Assembly: GCA_029856105.1 (NCBI GenBank)
Contig: JAHQWH010000210.1
Span: 1 to 64,000, forward strand
Source: Promethearchaeia archaeon
GTDB lineage: Archaea; Asgardarchaeota; Lokiarchaeia; Sigyniarchaeales; SOKP01
Length of the DNA: 64,000 nt
Direction of reading: 5' to 3'
The position numbers and the translations under genes were made by a program. The notes under the pieces are model-generated. The model was not told the origin of the DNA. It saw nothing but the letters and a program-made list of their open reading frames with translations, and ran no database searches. Positions 19,856 to 29,691 of this stretch are shown here, in pieces; the stretch's first letter is position 1; each line of letters starts with the position of its first letter.

Positions 19856-20388
19856 TTTTCATCCTCCTCTGATTTTTTTATTAAGTTTCCTAGTCCAGTC
19901 TCCCTAATTATGAATTGAATCTCATCTAAGTTAGGACCTACGATTTGTGGTAAATCCATCTTGTTTCTTCTTCTGTCTATAGTAGTTTTCATTCCGCCCG
20001 TATAAGGTACTACAAATCCATTATTATAAATCGTATTTATCGTAGCAGAATATTCTATTGGCACGTTTCCTTCTTTCACTGCCAAATTTCTTAAAAGCGC
20101 TAAGATAAACGAATAATCTACATTCTTTGGACATCTTTCTGTGCACCGATGACATAGTGAGCATGTCCATATAGCGTTGCTCGATAAAACTTCTTCTCTC
20201 AATCCTAGAAGGCATGAAGCAACAACTCTATGAGGTTGTAAATCGACGTATTCCGTTACTGTGCAACCAGAGCTACATACTCCGCATTGAATACACTTTA
20301 ATAAAGATTTTGTCCCCACTTTTTCGCTAATTTCGTACCTAAAATTGTGATCTAAATCTTTAGATTGTTTTACAACTTTATCAGACAT
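19852..20388 (-). CDS. hdrC: Heterodisulfide reductase subunit C
   Basis: CIQCGVCSSGC and WTCSLCHRCTERCP; 4-nt overlap with hdrB. Confidence 0.92.
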   Translation of the reverse strand: MSDKVVKQSKDLDHNFRYEISEKVGTKSLLKCIQCGVCSSGCTVTEYVDLQPHRVVASCLLGLREEVLSSNAIWTCSLCHRCTERCPKNVDYSFILALLRNLAVKEGNVPIEYSATINTIYNNGFVVPYTGGMKTTIDRRRNKMDLPQIVGPNLDEIQFIIRETGLGNLIKKSEEDEK

Positions 20389-20391
20389 CTT

Positions 20392-23300
20392 TTAAGCACC
20401 CTCCTTAGCTTTTTCTTTTTTTTCAATTTTATCACCTGTTTTACTAAGTGGTCCAAATGCTTTCACTTCATTAACAAAATCGGTAATAACTTGAGAGAAA
20501 CGTTTACCTTCGCTAGCTGATACCCATTCAAGTCGGTAACGTTCGGGATTAATTCCTACACTTTCTAAAGTTTCTTGAATCTCATTGTAACGCCTTAACA
20601 TGTCGTAATTGCCTTCTATATAGTGACAATCTCCAATGTGGCATCCACCAACAATCACTCCGTCAGCACCTTCCAAAAATGCTTGTAATATGAAACTTTT
20701 TGGAATTCTTCCAGTACACATAACTCTAATAGGCCTAATATTAGGAGGGTATTGAAATCTACTTACACCACAAGTATCTGCTCCCGCATAGCTACACCAA
20801 TTGCATAAGAAAGCTACAATCCTAGGTCTTTCGTCTATAAAGTCTCCTTTAACTGCTTCTGTAATCATTGGGTATATTTGATCATCGGCAAAATGTTGCA
20901 TAGTAATAGCCCCTGCAGGGCACGCTGCCGAACAATCTCCACACCCTTTACACAATAAAGGGTTAGACTCTGAAACCAAAACTTCGTTATCGAAATTGAC
21001 TCCAATAGCTCCGAAGTTACATACCTCCTCGCATTTTTGACATGCTATACATAATGCCGGGTTAACAACTGAAACCAGGGGTTCGTTTTCTACTTCTCCA
21101 GAAATCAACGGGATTAGCGCGTGAGCAGCAGCAGCTCTTCCTTGAGATATTGAATCAGCAATACCTTTTGGTCCGTGAGCAGTCCCAGCTAAATAAATTC
21201 CATCAGTCGCAAAATCAACGGGTCTTAATTTTATGTGAGCTTCTAAAAAGAACCCTTTTTGGTCTCTGGCGCACTTTATGAATTCTCCAAGTTTTTTAGT
21301 ATCATGAGGTATTAAAGGTGTTGACAAGACTACCTTGTCGGCTTCGATGTTAAGATTTATTTGAGTTAAAATATCGTTAACATTGACATTAATTTTTCCA
21401 TTGACAAGATCAACTTCGGGGTAATCGTTGAATCGAATGTAGTTGATATTTTCACGAGCTTTCCAGTAAAATTGTTCTTCATCAGTTCCTACGCGTATAT
21501 CTCTATAGAGAACGTAAATTTGCGAATTAGGGTAATTTTCTTTTACATATAAAGCGTGTCTTATAGATTCAGAACAACATATTAAGGAACAGTATGTAAC
21601 TCCATTACCGCCCTCAGGTTGTCGCGAAGCAACGCAGTGAATAAAGACGAAAGTCTCGCCATCCTTTAGTTCATCGTCTCTTAACTTTTGAGATAGTTCT
21701 AGTTGAGTCATTATTCTCTCGTCTTCCCCGTAATGGTACCAACCTTTTGGTTTATATTCGTAAGCGCCAGTAGCCGCGATTATAACTCCTACGTTTAAAT
21801 CTATGGTTTTCTCATCAGTTAAATTTTTAACTTTGATGTTAAAATCTCCTATTGAACCCTTAACCTCTACAACTTCGGAATTTAAGTAAGCCGTGAGATT
21901 TTTTAACCCGTTAAATTCTTTAAGTTTCTCTTCTAAAAACTGTTTTGAGTCAATTCTATCGAAATTAAGCTTATATATAAGGTTTAATTGCCCACCTAAT
22001 TTGTCGTCTTTCTCTATAAGGTGTACTTTGAAGCCTTTTTTGGCAATTTCCATAGCAGCAGACATTCCAGCGATACCCCCGCCGATTATTAACGCCTCTG
22101 GGACAACATCTCCCTTAATTCTAATTTCTGATTTTTGAAATCGTACACGCGCTACGCCCATTCTTATTAGATCTTTTGCTTTATCTGTCGCCTTTTCATA
22201 TTCCTTCATATGAACCCAAGAATCTAATTCTCGAATACTTACGAAATTAAATAAATATTCGTTTAGTCCTGCTTCTCGAATAGTTTTTTGAAATAATGGT
22301 TCGTGAGTTCTTGGTGTGCACGCAGCAACTATTACCCGGTTTAAGTCTAATTCCACAATCTTTTCCTTAATAATGTCTTGTGTGAGACTTGAACAACTAT
22401 ATTTATTGTCCATCGAGAAAACTACATTTGGAAGCGTTTTGGAATACTCAACAAGCGCCGGAACATCCATATACCCCCCTATATTAACCCCACACATACA
22501 AACAAATACTCCTATTCTTGGTTCGTCTCTGGGATTTACTACTTTTAAGGGAGGTAAAACAACCTCTAATTCTTCAGGACTTAAAGGAACGGCATGTAAA
22601 GCGCCTAACGCCGCTGCCCCTCCAGCTTTTGCTACCGAATTAGCTATGTCGTCAGGGGATTGGCAAGAACCGCTTACATAAATCCCATCCCGAGTAGATC
22701 GTAGATCTTCGGTTGAATTTTTTGTTTTAAAAAACCCTAATTCGTTTGTTTCAATCCCCAACATTTCGGCAAGCTTTTCGGTTCCCTTACGGGGGATCAC
22801 TGCGTTTGCCAATACAACCAAATCAAATTCACTAGTTTCAACGTCTCCCGTATCTAGGTTCGCGTGTTTTACAAAAAGGTTATGATTCTCGGGATTTTCT
22901 CGAATATCACCGGGAATGCCGCGAAAATAAATTAATTTGTATTCATCTTTTGCTCTTTCAATGAATTCTTCTTGGTTTTTTCCGATTACACGAGTATCGT
23001 TGAAAAAGATCGTAACATTTGTGTCTGGAGCGTGTTCTCGAGTGACTACCCCTTCTTTGGCCATATACATGCAACAGAATTTCGAACAATAAGCACATAG
23101 ATCCTCATTTCGAGAACCAACGCACCCAATAAAACCAATTTCGATAGCATGTTTTTTATCTGAAGGTCTAAGCAATTGTCCTTCAGTAGGACCAGACGCG
23201 CTTAATAAACGTTCATATTGCATTGCTGTAATAACATTAGGATATTCTCCGTAATGATATCTATCTATTGGTGTTGGATCTAATAAGTCTATTCCTGTAG

Positions 23301-23877
23301 CAACAATAATTGATGCCACATCATACTCAACTATTTCGTCTTTCATATCCCAATTAATAGCTTCAGCTTCACACTCTTTTTCGCATATTTGGCACGCATT
23401 TTTCGTTAGATATAGACATTTTTCAGCATCAATGACTGCCTTTCTTGGCACGGCTTGTGGAAAAGGTATATATATTGCTGTGCGGTTTCCCATTTCTTCT
23501 TCGAACTCACTCGGAATCTTTTTCATGGGACACTTTTCCATGCAAGCGCCACAACCTGTACATTTATCCCAATCAACATATGTTGATTTTTTTAATACTT
23601 TTACTTTAAAATTACCTGCTTCGCCAGATACTTCTTGAACTTCCGAATACATGAGAAGTTCTATGTTAGGATGTCTAGCTACTTCCACCATTTTTGGTGC
23701 TAAAATACAAATCGAACAATCTAAGGTTGGAAATGTTTTATCAAGTTGAGCCATACGTCCACCGACCGAGGATGTTTTTTCGACTAGAATTACCTTATAA
23801 CCTTGTTCACCCAAAGTAAGGCTGGCTTCAATTCCCGAAATTCCTGCTCCTATTACCATTATATTACTATTTGGCAT
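20392..23877 (-). CDS. hdrA: Heterodisulfide reductase subunit A with two FAD modules, fused to a C-terminal MvhD domain
   Basis: GAGISG...QLDKTFPTLDCSICIL, inserted ferredoxin, RIGVFVCMCG, ACTPRTHE, second GGGIAG module, C-terminal 2x[4Fe-4S], MvhD motifs FLCNWCSYAGAD, RVMCTGR, GCHIGDCHY. Confidence 0.93.
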   Translation of the reverse strand: MPNSNIMVIGAGISGIEASLTLGEQGYKVILVEKTSSVGGRMAQLDKTFPTLDCSICILAPKMVEVARHPNIELLMYSEVQEVSGEAGNFKVKVLKKSTYVDWDKCTGCGACMEKCPMKKIPSEFEEEMGNRTAIYIPFPQAVPRKAVIDAEKCLYLTKNACQICEKECEAEAINWDMKDEIVEYDVASIIVATGIDLLDPTPIDRYHYGEYPNVITAMQYERLLSASGPTEGQLLRPSDKKHAIEIGFIGCVGSRNEDLCAYCSKFCCMYMAKEGVVTREHAPDTNVTIFFNDTRVIGKNQEEFIERAKDEYKLIYFRGIPGDIRENPENHNLFVKHANLDTGDVETSEFDLVVLANAVIPRKGTEKLAEMLGIETNELGFFKTKNSTEDLRSTRDGIYVSGSCQSPDDIANSVAKAGGAAALGALHAVPLSPEELEVVLPPLKVVNPRDEPRIGVFVCMCGVNIGGYMDVPALVEYSKTLPNVVFSMDNKYSCSSLTQDIIKEKIVELDLNRVIVAACTPRTHEPLFQKTIREAGLNEYLFNFVSIRELDSWVHMKEYEKATDKAKDLIRMGVARVRFQKSEIRIKGDVVPEALIIGGGIAGMSAAMEIAKKGFKVHLIEKDDKLGGQLNLIYKLNFDRIDSKQFLEEKLKEFNGLKNLTAYLNSEVVEVKGSIGDFNIKVKNLTDEKTIDLNVGVIIAATGAYEYKPKGWYHYGEDERIMTQLELSQKLRDDELKDGETFVFIHCVASRQPEGGNGVTYCSLICCSESIRHALYVKENYPNSQIYVLYRDIRVGTDEEQFYWKARENINYIRFNDYPEVDLVNGKINVNVNDILTQINLNIEADKVVLSTPLIPHDTKKLGEFIKCARDQKGFFLEAHIKLRPVDFATDGIYLAGTAHGPKGIADSISQGRAAAAHALIPLISGEVENEPLVSVVNPALCIACQKCEEVCNFGAIGVNFDNEVLVSESNPLLCKGCGDCSAACPAGAITMQHFADDQIYPMITEAVKGDFIDERPRIVAFLCNWCSYAGADTCGVSRFQYPPNIRPIRVMCTGRIPKSFILQAFLEGADGVIVGGCHIGDCHYIEGNYDMLRRYNEIQETLESVGINPERYRLEWVSASEGKRFSQVITDFVNEVKAFGPLSKTGDKIEKKEKAKEGA

Positions 23878-24474
23878 AATTATTTCTTCAGTTTTTGTTT
23901 TTTTTTTAATATTTTTTATTAATTTTCGTTGCTTATCTTAAATTAATTGTCCTTTTTGAAAATAATTGTTTATATTATAAACTTATATTTTTATAATTTA
24001 CTTAATAGGTTAAAAGTATATATAAATATTTCTCTATTTGACGAAAAAGAAAAGTTTTATGTTGAAAATTTATAAAAAAAAAGTTTCTTTGATCAAAATT
24101 ATGATTTTATTATTCTTATTTTAATAAATTTTTGCTCAAAAAGTGTCAATTTGGCAATAGAGCATTTCTTCTCTAAGTAGATTGATGACATTTTCGTTAA
24201 TTTTACGATTTTTAAGATTTCAGATATCTAAATAGTTAAAAATAACGATAAATAATAACAAGTAGATAGTGCTTATCAAAATGTTATAAAAATTAATAGA
24301 AGATTGTAGAAATCGATTTAATTTTTTCTAAAAATATAAAGTCATATTATATAGATATTAATCAATATAATAAAATAAAACAAGTTAATAATCAAATAAT
24401 AAACAATTAATACAATAAGAATCCGACGAAAGCTTTATTGATACTTGTGGGATTCTAAAAACGTACTGAAAATC

Positions 24475-25155
24475 ATGAAAATAGTTGTATCTGGCCCTCT
24501 TCAGTGTGGAAAATCAAGTTTTATCAGAAATTTAGACGAAAAAGCTTTAAATGTCGAAGCAAAAGCTAGGGATAATAAGTTTTATACGGTTGGAATGGAC
24601 TTAGGTATTGTTAGATTAAATGGGTTTGATGTTTTTCTATTTGGAACTCCAGGTTTATTAAGATTCAATGTTATGAGAGATGTAATCATTCAAGGGGCTG
24701 ATGGGGTTATTTTTATTTTTGATGCGGCTCATCCTGAAAAAGATGAAGATGCATTAATCATATTAAATGCCCTTAGAAAAACAATAGGGGTTGATACGCC
24801 AATAGTTTATTTAGCAAACAAGCAAGATATTGCTGGTGCGAGACACGCTGAGGTGGTAAGATCACAGAATTACTTACGCGATGACGCTGTAATTTTTCCG
24901 ACAAGCACAAGGACAGGAGAAAATTTAAAAGAATCTTTAAAATATCTTGTAAATCTGATATACGACAATTATTCTTCCCTTCTCACAGTACTTCGTTCAT
25001 ATGAAACAAATATCGATGGATTGGCCGAAAAATTAGAAAAAAATCCTGTTGAGATGAGAGATTTGTTAAACAACCTTGAAATAAAGAGATTTATTGAGGT
25101 TGACAGGACCTCAAGAAGTTACAAAGTAAAACATGGCTTAAAACTCTTGTTATAA
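24475..25155 (+). CDS. Small GTPase (MglA/CvnD-like) with C-terminal winged-helix domain
   Basis: G1 GPLQCGKS, G2 TVGMDLG, G3 FGTPGL, G4 NKQD, G5 ST. Start placed at ATG 24475; the ORF track start is 24445. Confidence 0.88.
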   Translation: MKIVVSGPLQCGKSSFIRNLDEKALNVEAKARDNKFYTVGMDLGIVRLNGFDVFLFGTPGLLRFNVMRDVIIQGADGVIFIFDAAHPEKDEDALIILNALRKTIGVDTPIVYLANKQDIAGARHAEVVRSQNYLRDDAVIFPTSTRTGENLKESLKYLVNLIYDNYSSLLTVLRSYETNIDGLAEKLEKNPVEMRDLLNNLEIKRFIEVDRTSRSYKVKHGLKLLL

Positions 25156-25206
25156 AGAATTTTATTTATTAGCCATATAGTTTGTTTTTTGATAATTAAT
25201 TAACTT

Positions 25207-27099
25207 TTACGGCCAATCAGAGGGCAAGATTTCGTCTTTTCCATATTTCTTTAATAACTCATTTAATTCCGATCTTTGTTTAGAATGTACTTCCCAGAAA
25301 AAATTTGGAATGTCTTTTTCTGCCTTATACATTTCTTCCATGCGATCCAATTTGTTAAGTATGTTTTTGATTCTTAGTTTAAATTGCTCTGTGTAATCTT
25401 CTTGAGAATAATTTTTATCTAATTCTAATTTAAACAATGCTTTCAGATCTTCATATTTCGGAAGATATCCAATCGGGGTTTCAATCGCGTCGAAGTCTCC
25501 TTGAGTACGACCTTCCGCCCAAATAACCCATACTTTCTTATCCAATATTTCATTTAAGTATTTGCCTTCTTTGCTTTTAAGAAAGTAATTAGTAGAGAAT
25601 ACTTGAGGACAATGTTTTAATTTCTTGCCAAATTTTTGGTGGTTTTTTAAGTATTTTCCCAATGGCACGACTAGAAAATCTAAATTAGCCATTGGACTAG
25701 CTTTTCTAACACCTACCGCACCAAGAGTGGCTGATGTTGTTTCAGATTCGATAGTAGCCCCTAAGAAGACTCCGTGCTCCCAATTTAGACTTTCAACGAC
25801 AGGAGGCATAGTATCTGAATCTCTACCGCCATAAAAAATTCCATGGATTGGTACGCCATTAGGGTCCTCTAGTTTGGGATCGCAATTAGATAGGTCAGAA
25901 AGATTTATTGTGTACCGGGCATTTGGATGGGAGTGAAGGATATTATTCCCATTTTCGTCAGTTTTTCCTTCAAACCAATTACCAGAATAATTAAAGCCTT
26001 CTTTAGGGTGATCTTTACCCATCCCAAGCCAATATGGCTTTCCGTCCTTTATGAGAACATTAGAATAAATTAATTCTCTTGGCGTTATAAGCGCTTCGTA
26101 AATTACGGGATCGTCTTTAGGATTTACATCTTTTATAATTCCAAATATTCCCTTTTCTATGTTAACGGCGTGAGTAAATCCGTCATTCCAAGCGCGTAAA
26201 TAAGCAATGTCATCCCCTACAATTAGTTGTTCTGGAAGCATAGCAGTTGATGTTTTTCCACAAGCGCTTGGAAAAGCTCCAGTAAAATAAGTAGTGCGCT
26301 CTTTTCCTGTAGGACGAACCCCCAATATAAAATAATGTTCTGTGAGCCAATCTTCATTATTTGCCTTATTTATTGCTAATCGTAGAGCTAATTTCTTTAA
26401 TCCTAGAGAGTTACCAGCGTATTGATTATTTACAGACAAAACCCGATCTTCTTGTAAGTCTACATATATACGACGTTTACCGATATTTTTAGTAACTGGA
26501 GGATTTCCATCGAGTTCACCAGCAGAATGAATGAAGTAAAAGAAATCATCAGAACCATTAAGATCTTTGAATTCTTCGTAGCCGACACGATACAAAAGGT
26601 CTTCTGAATGTGCGACATAAAACGAATCAGTGAGTTGTAGAGCTCCGATTGTAAATTTAGAATTTAGTGGACCAAGGCAGAAAAATCTTACAAGACATTC
26701 TTTTCCTTTCATGCATCCATCCATAATTTCTAACACTTCTTTGAGTGCTTCATCCCTATCCATTGTATTTATCCAGGGGCTCCTATATTCGCTTTTAGGA
26801 ATTAACACTTTAGTGTTTTCTTTATCTCTTGCTTGATCGTAATAGCTATCGTAATGGATAGTATGTCCATTTATCTGAAGTTTAGTTTCTTCGTTAATGT
26901 CTATGGTTTTTTGTCTCACATATTCGATATCTTCTTTAGAATCAGAAATTACTGTAACCTTACTAGGTTTACATAAGTCAATAAATTGTTTTATAATCTT
27001 TAAGACATGCTCATTCTTCAAATTAAACAATTTTTCGACATCATCTTGAGATATTAAATCTCTGTCCACAAAATTCGCAAAATCTTTTTTTTTGTCCAT
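25207..27099 (-). CDS. pckG: Phosphoenolpyruvate carboxykinase (GTP)
   Basis: GAFPSACGKTS, VGDDIAY, HPNARY, GGRD. Confidence 0.95.
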   Translation of the reverse strand: MDKKKDFANFVDRDLISQDDVEKLFNLKNEHVLKIIKQFIDLCKPSKVTVISDSKEDIEYVRQKTIDINEETKLQINGHTIHYDSYYDQARDKENTKVLIPKSEYRSPWINTMDRDEALKEVLEIMDGCMKGKECLVRFFCLGPLNSKFTIGALQLTDSFYVAHSEDLLYRVGYEEFKDLNGSDDFFYFIHSAGELDGNPPVTKNIGKRRIYVDLQEDRVLSVNNQYAGNSLGLKKLALRLAINKANNEDWLTEHYFILGVRPTGKERTTYFTGAFPSACGKTSTAMLPEQLIVGDDIAYLRAWNDGFTHAVNIEKGIFGIIKDVNPKDDPVIYEALITPRELIYSNVLIKDGKPYWLGMGKDHPKEGFNYSGNWFEGKTDENGNNILHSHPNARYTINLSDLSNCDPKLEDPNGVPIHGIFYGGRDSDTMPPVVESLNWEHGVFLGATIESETTSATLGAVGVRKASPMANLDFLVVPLGKYLKNHQKFGKKLKHCPQVFSTNYFLKSKEGKYLNEILDKKVWVIWAEGRTQGDFDAIETPIGYLPKYEDLKALFKLELDKNYSQEDYTEQFKLRIKNILNKLDRMEEMYKAEKDIPNFFWEVHSKQRSELNELLKKYGKDEILPSDWP

Positions 27100-27261
27100 C
27101 TTAATTCAAGTGAATAAATTTTTTAAGTTTATGGATAAAAAAGTGAAATTTTTATTAAAAATCTTTTTGAAGTTAGTGAAAAATTGAAAAACTTTTAGAT
27201 AATATTCTAAAATCAACAAAAAGAAGAAAAAAATTAAGAAAAAAATAAAGTAATTTACATT

Positions 27262-28848
27262 TTACATTCCAGGAGGTCTAGAGCCTTTAGCGCTGATAAT
27301 TCGATCTACTCTTAAAATTAAATTTGCTAATTCACTTCCCGCTTTGATTACGTGGCTAACAAGAGCAGCGGGTTCAACTATCCCCTTTTTAAAATTATCT
27401 TCGATCTTATTGGATATAGTATCAATTCCAACCCATTTTTCGTTATCTGTTTTGTGAGCAGCGCGTAATTCCGTCATATTCTCAATTTCATCTAATCCAG
27501 CGTTTTTGATTAGAGTTTTTGGAATTTCTTCTAATGCTATAGCAAAGGCGTTTACGGCAAGTTGTTCTTTCCCGCTAATTTGATTTGCAAATTCTCTAAG
27601 TCTCTTCGCAAGCTCGATATATATAGCACCACCACCAGCAACCACGGTTTCTGTGTCCATTACTTTAGCAACTACAGAGAGGACATCGTTTAAGGTAATT
27701 TCTGCGGAATCTAGAAGTTTCTCTAAGCCTCCTTTTAGTATTATTGATACTGACTTAGGGTTTTTACATCCACTGAATAAAACATAATCGTTGTTAGCAA
27801 GTTTTTCAAATTTTACATTTTCTGCAAACCCTAAATCTTCTTCGGATAAAGAGTGGAGATCAGCAACTTTTTCTGCTCCAGTAGCTTTTGTAACGGCTTT
27901 TATGTCTGAATCGCCGAGATTTTTTATCGCAACGATTCCTTCTCTCGCTAGAAATGCACCGAATTTATCGGAAATGTCTTGATTATTAACGATCATATTC
28001 ACTCCTAGATCTTTAAAGATTTTTAAGTAATCTAGCAGGATTTTATCTTCTTGATCGAGAAACTTTTGAATGTCAGCTGGGTTAGATATTCTAATTTGGG
28101 AATCGAATTCTGTTTTAACAACATCTAATTTTCTTTTAATAACGGCTATTTTCGCGTTTTTTACTACTTCTGGCATGGCGGGATTGACTCGTTCTTTCGC
28201 AATGTAGACTCCATTTATAAGCTCAGATTCTTGGAGCGATTTTCCGGGCACCTTAACAATTAATACATTCCCTACTTTCGAAAAAGTATCTTTGGCATCT
28301 CCCTTTACGTGTTTTATGGCTTGTAAAGTTAATTCTGAAAAATGATCTTTTACACCTATAATATCTTGAGCATTCATAGCAGTTTTAGCGATATTAATAA
28401 GAATTTTATCATCGTCTGGAGATATTTTAACAGCGATATCATTTATAATCTCTAAAGATTTTTTTGCTGCCATGCGGAATCCATGAGTAATAGGTTTTGG
28501 ATGTATATCTTGTTCAATTAATTCTAGAGCGTTTCCCAATAAAGCAGCTGAGAAGATGACAGCTGTAGTAGTACCATCACCGATATCATCATCAATCGAT
28601 TTGGCGATATTTACCATCATATTCGCAGCAACATTATCAATATCAAGCTTCTTTAATATTTCGGCGCCATCGTTCGTTATTGTTACGTCCCCTATAGAAT
28701 CTACAAGCATTTTATTCATGCCTTTTGGTCCAAGAGTAGATTTTACGGATTCAGTAATTGCTATAATCGCATTTATGTTTTGCATCCGAGCTTCTTTCTC
28801 TTTAGTTTCCTCAGTTCCTTCTTTTAATATTATTATTGGTACAGACAT
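27262..28848 (-). CDS. ths: Group II chaperonin (thermosome) subunit
   Basis: STLGPKGM, TITNDGA, GDGTTT, AGGGA, LILRVD. Confidence 0.95.
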   Translation of the reverse strand: MSVPIIILKEGTEETKEKEARMQNINAIIAITESVKSTLGPKGMNKMLVDSIGDVTITNDGAEILKKLDIDNVAANMMVNIAKSIDDDIGDGTTTAVIFSAALLGNALELIEQDIHPKPITHGFRMAAKKSLEIINDIAVKISPDDDKILINIAKTAMNAQDIIGVKDHFSELTLQAIKHVKGDAKDTFSKVGNVLIVKVPGKSLQESELINGVYIAKERVNPAMPEVVKNAKIAVIKRKLDVVKTEFDSQIRISNPADIQKFLDQEDKILLDYLKIFKDLGVNMIVNNQDISDKFGAFLAREGIVAIKNLGDSDIKAVTKATGAEKVADLHSLSEEDLGFAENVKFEKLANNDYVLFSGCKNPKSVSIILKGGLEKLLDSAEITLNDVLSVVAKVMDTETVVAGGGAIYIELAKRLREFANQISGKEQLAVNAFAIALEEIPKTLIKNAGLDEIENMTELRAAHKTDNEKWVGIDTISNKIEDNFKKGIVEPAALVSHVIKAGSELANLILRVDRIISAKGSRPPGM

Positions 28849-28957
28849 AATTTTATGTGTTTTTTTAATTTTTAATATAAAGAAATATAAGAAGAATTCA
28901 ATAATAATTTTATGATTTGGAGATCATTTAAATGTAAAAAACTTCAATAACAAAAAT

Positions 28958-29022
28958 TATAAATTTTACAATAAATATTGAATTGTTGTAATATAAATTT
29001 TACAATAAATATTGAATTGTTG
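28958..29022. repeat. Perfect 31-bp direct repeat x2 (TATAAATTTTACAATAAATATTGAATTGTTG), period 34
   Basis: Copies at 28958-28988 and 28992-29022; each contains the dyad CAATA-AA-TATTG. Confidence 0.9.
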
Positions 29023-29066
29023 AACAATTTTAAAGAATATATCACTTTTTTTGGTCTCGTTTAAAA

Positions 29067-29525
29067 ATGAAAAAAGAAAAAATCTTGGACGATATCGACA
29101 AGGAAATCTTAAAAATCTTGCAAAATAACTCTAAAACATCTTATCGAGTTATTCAAGACAAGTTAAATATCTCTATCGGTACTATTCATAATAGAATAGC
29201 AAAACTCGAAAATAATGGTATAATAGAGGGTTACACTCTTAAACTCAACAACGAAAAGCTCGGTTACAAGTTAACATTTTTAATAAGAATACAAATTGAT
29301 GGTAAACACACACCTGAAATTTTGGACCAAATATCAAAAATACCTGAGGTTTGTTCTGTCTTTCATACTACTGGGGAGCAGTCCGCAGCTTTAATTTGCC
29401 GTTTTAAAGAAGCAGAAGATGTCCATCATTTTATTAGGGTGTTAAATGAGAAAGAATACGTAACGAAGACTATTTCTAATATGGTTCTAAAAGAATACCG
29501 CCCTCGTTCAAGTATTCAATTTTAA
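29067..29525 (+). CDS. Lrp/AsnC family transcriptional regulator
   Basis: LDDIDKEIL...SIGTIHNRIAKLENNGII, VFHTTGE. Confidence 0.93.
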   Translation: MKKEKILDDIDKEILKILQNNSKTSYRVIQDKLNISIGTIHNRIAKLENNGIIEGYTLKLNNEKLGYKLTFLIRIQIDGKHTPEILDQISKIPEVCSVFHTTGEQSAALICRFKEAEDVHHFIRVLNEKEYVTKTISNMVLKEYRPRSSIQF

Positions 29526-29691
29526 GACTGTAGAGTAATTAAAAAATTCACAATTTTTATTCTATAGTTAAAGTAAAGACTATTTTATCTAATCTTTTTT
29601 ATCTTCTGGGAGAGATTTAATTTATAATAAATTTAATATATAATGTAATATCTTCGAGTTATGCCTTTTGATGCCATATTTGTGCCACATA

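Noticed and set aside
20392-23877. Selenocysteine (UGA) recoding in HdrA/MvhD, known from some Lokiarchaeia and methanogens
   Set aside because: The ORF is uninterrupted and the usual Sec positions (DCSICIL, CNWC, GCHIGDC) are Cys. MsrB also has Cys.
18971-23877. Evidence of methanogenesis
   Set aside because: HdrABC and a lone FmdE are not diagnostic; no mcr or mtr genes are in the window and the linkage is to metVF.
28958-29022. CRISPR array
   Set aside because: Only two copies separated by 3 bp; no spacers and no cas genes.
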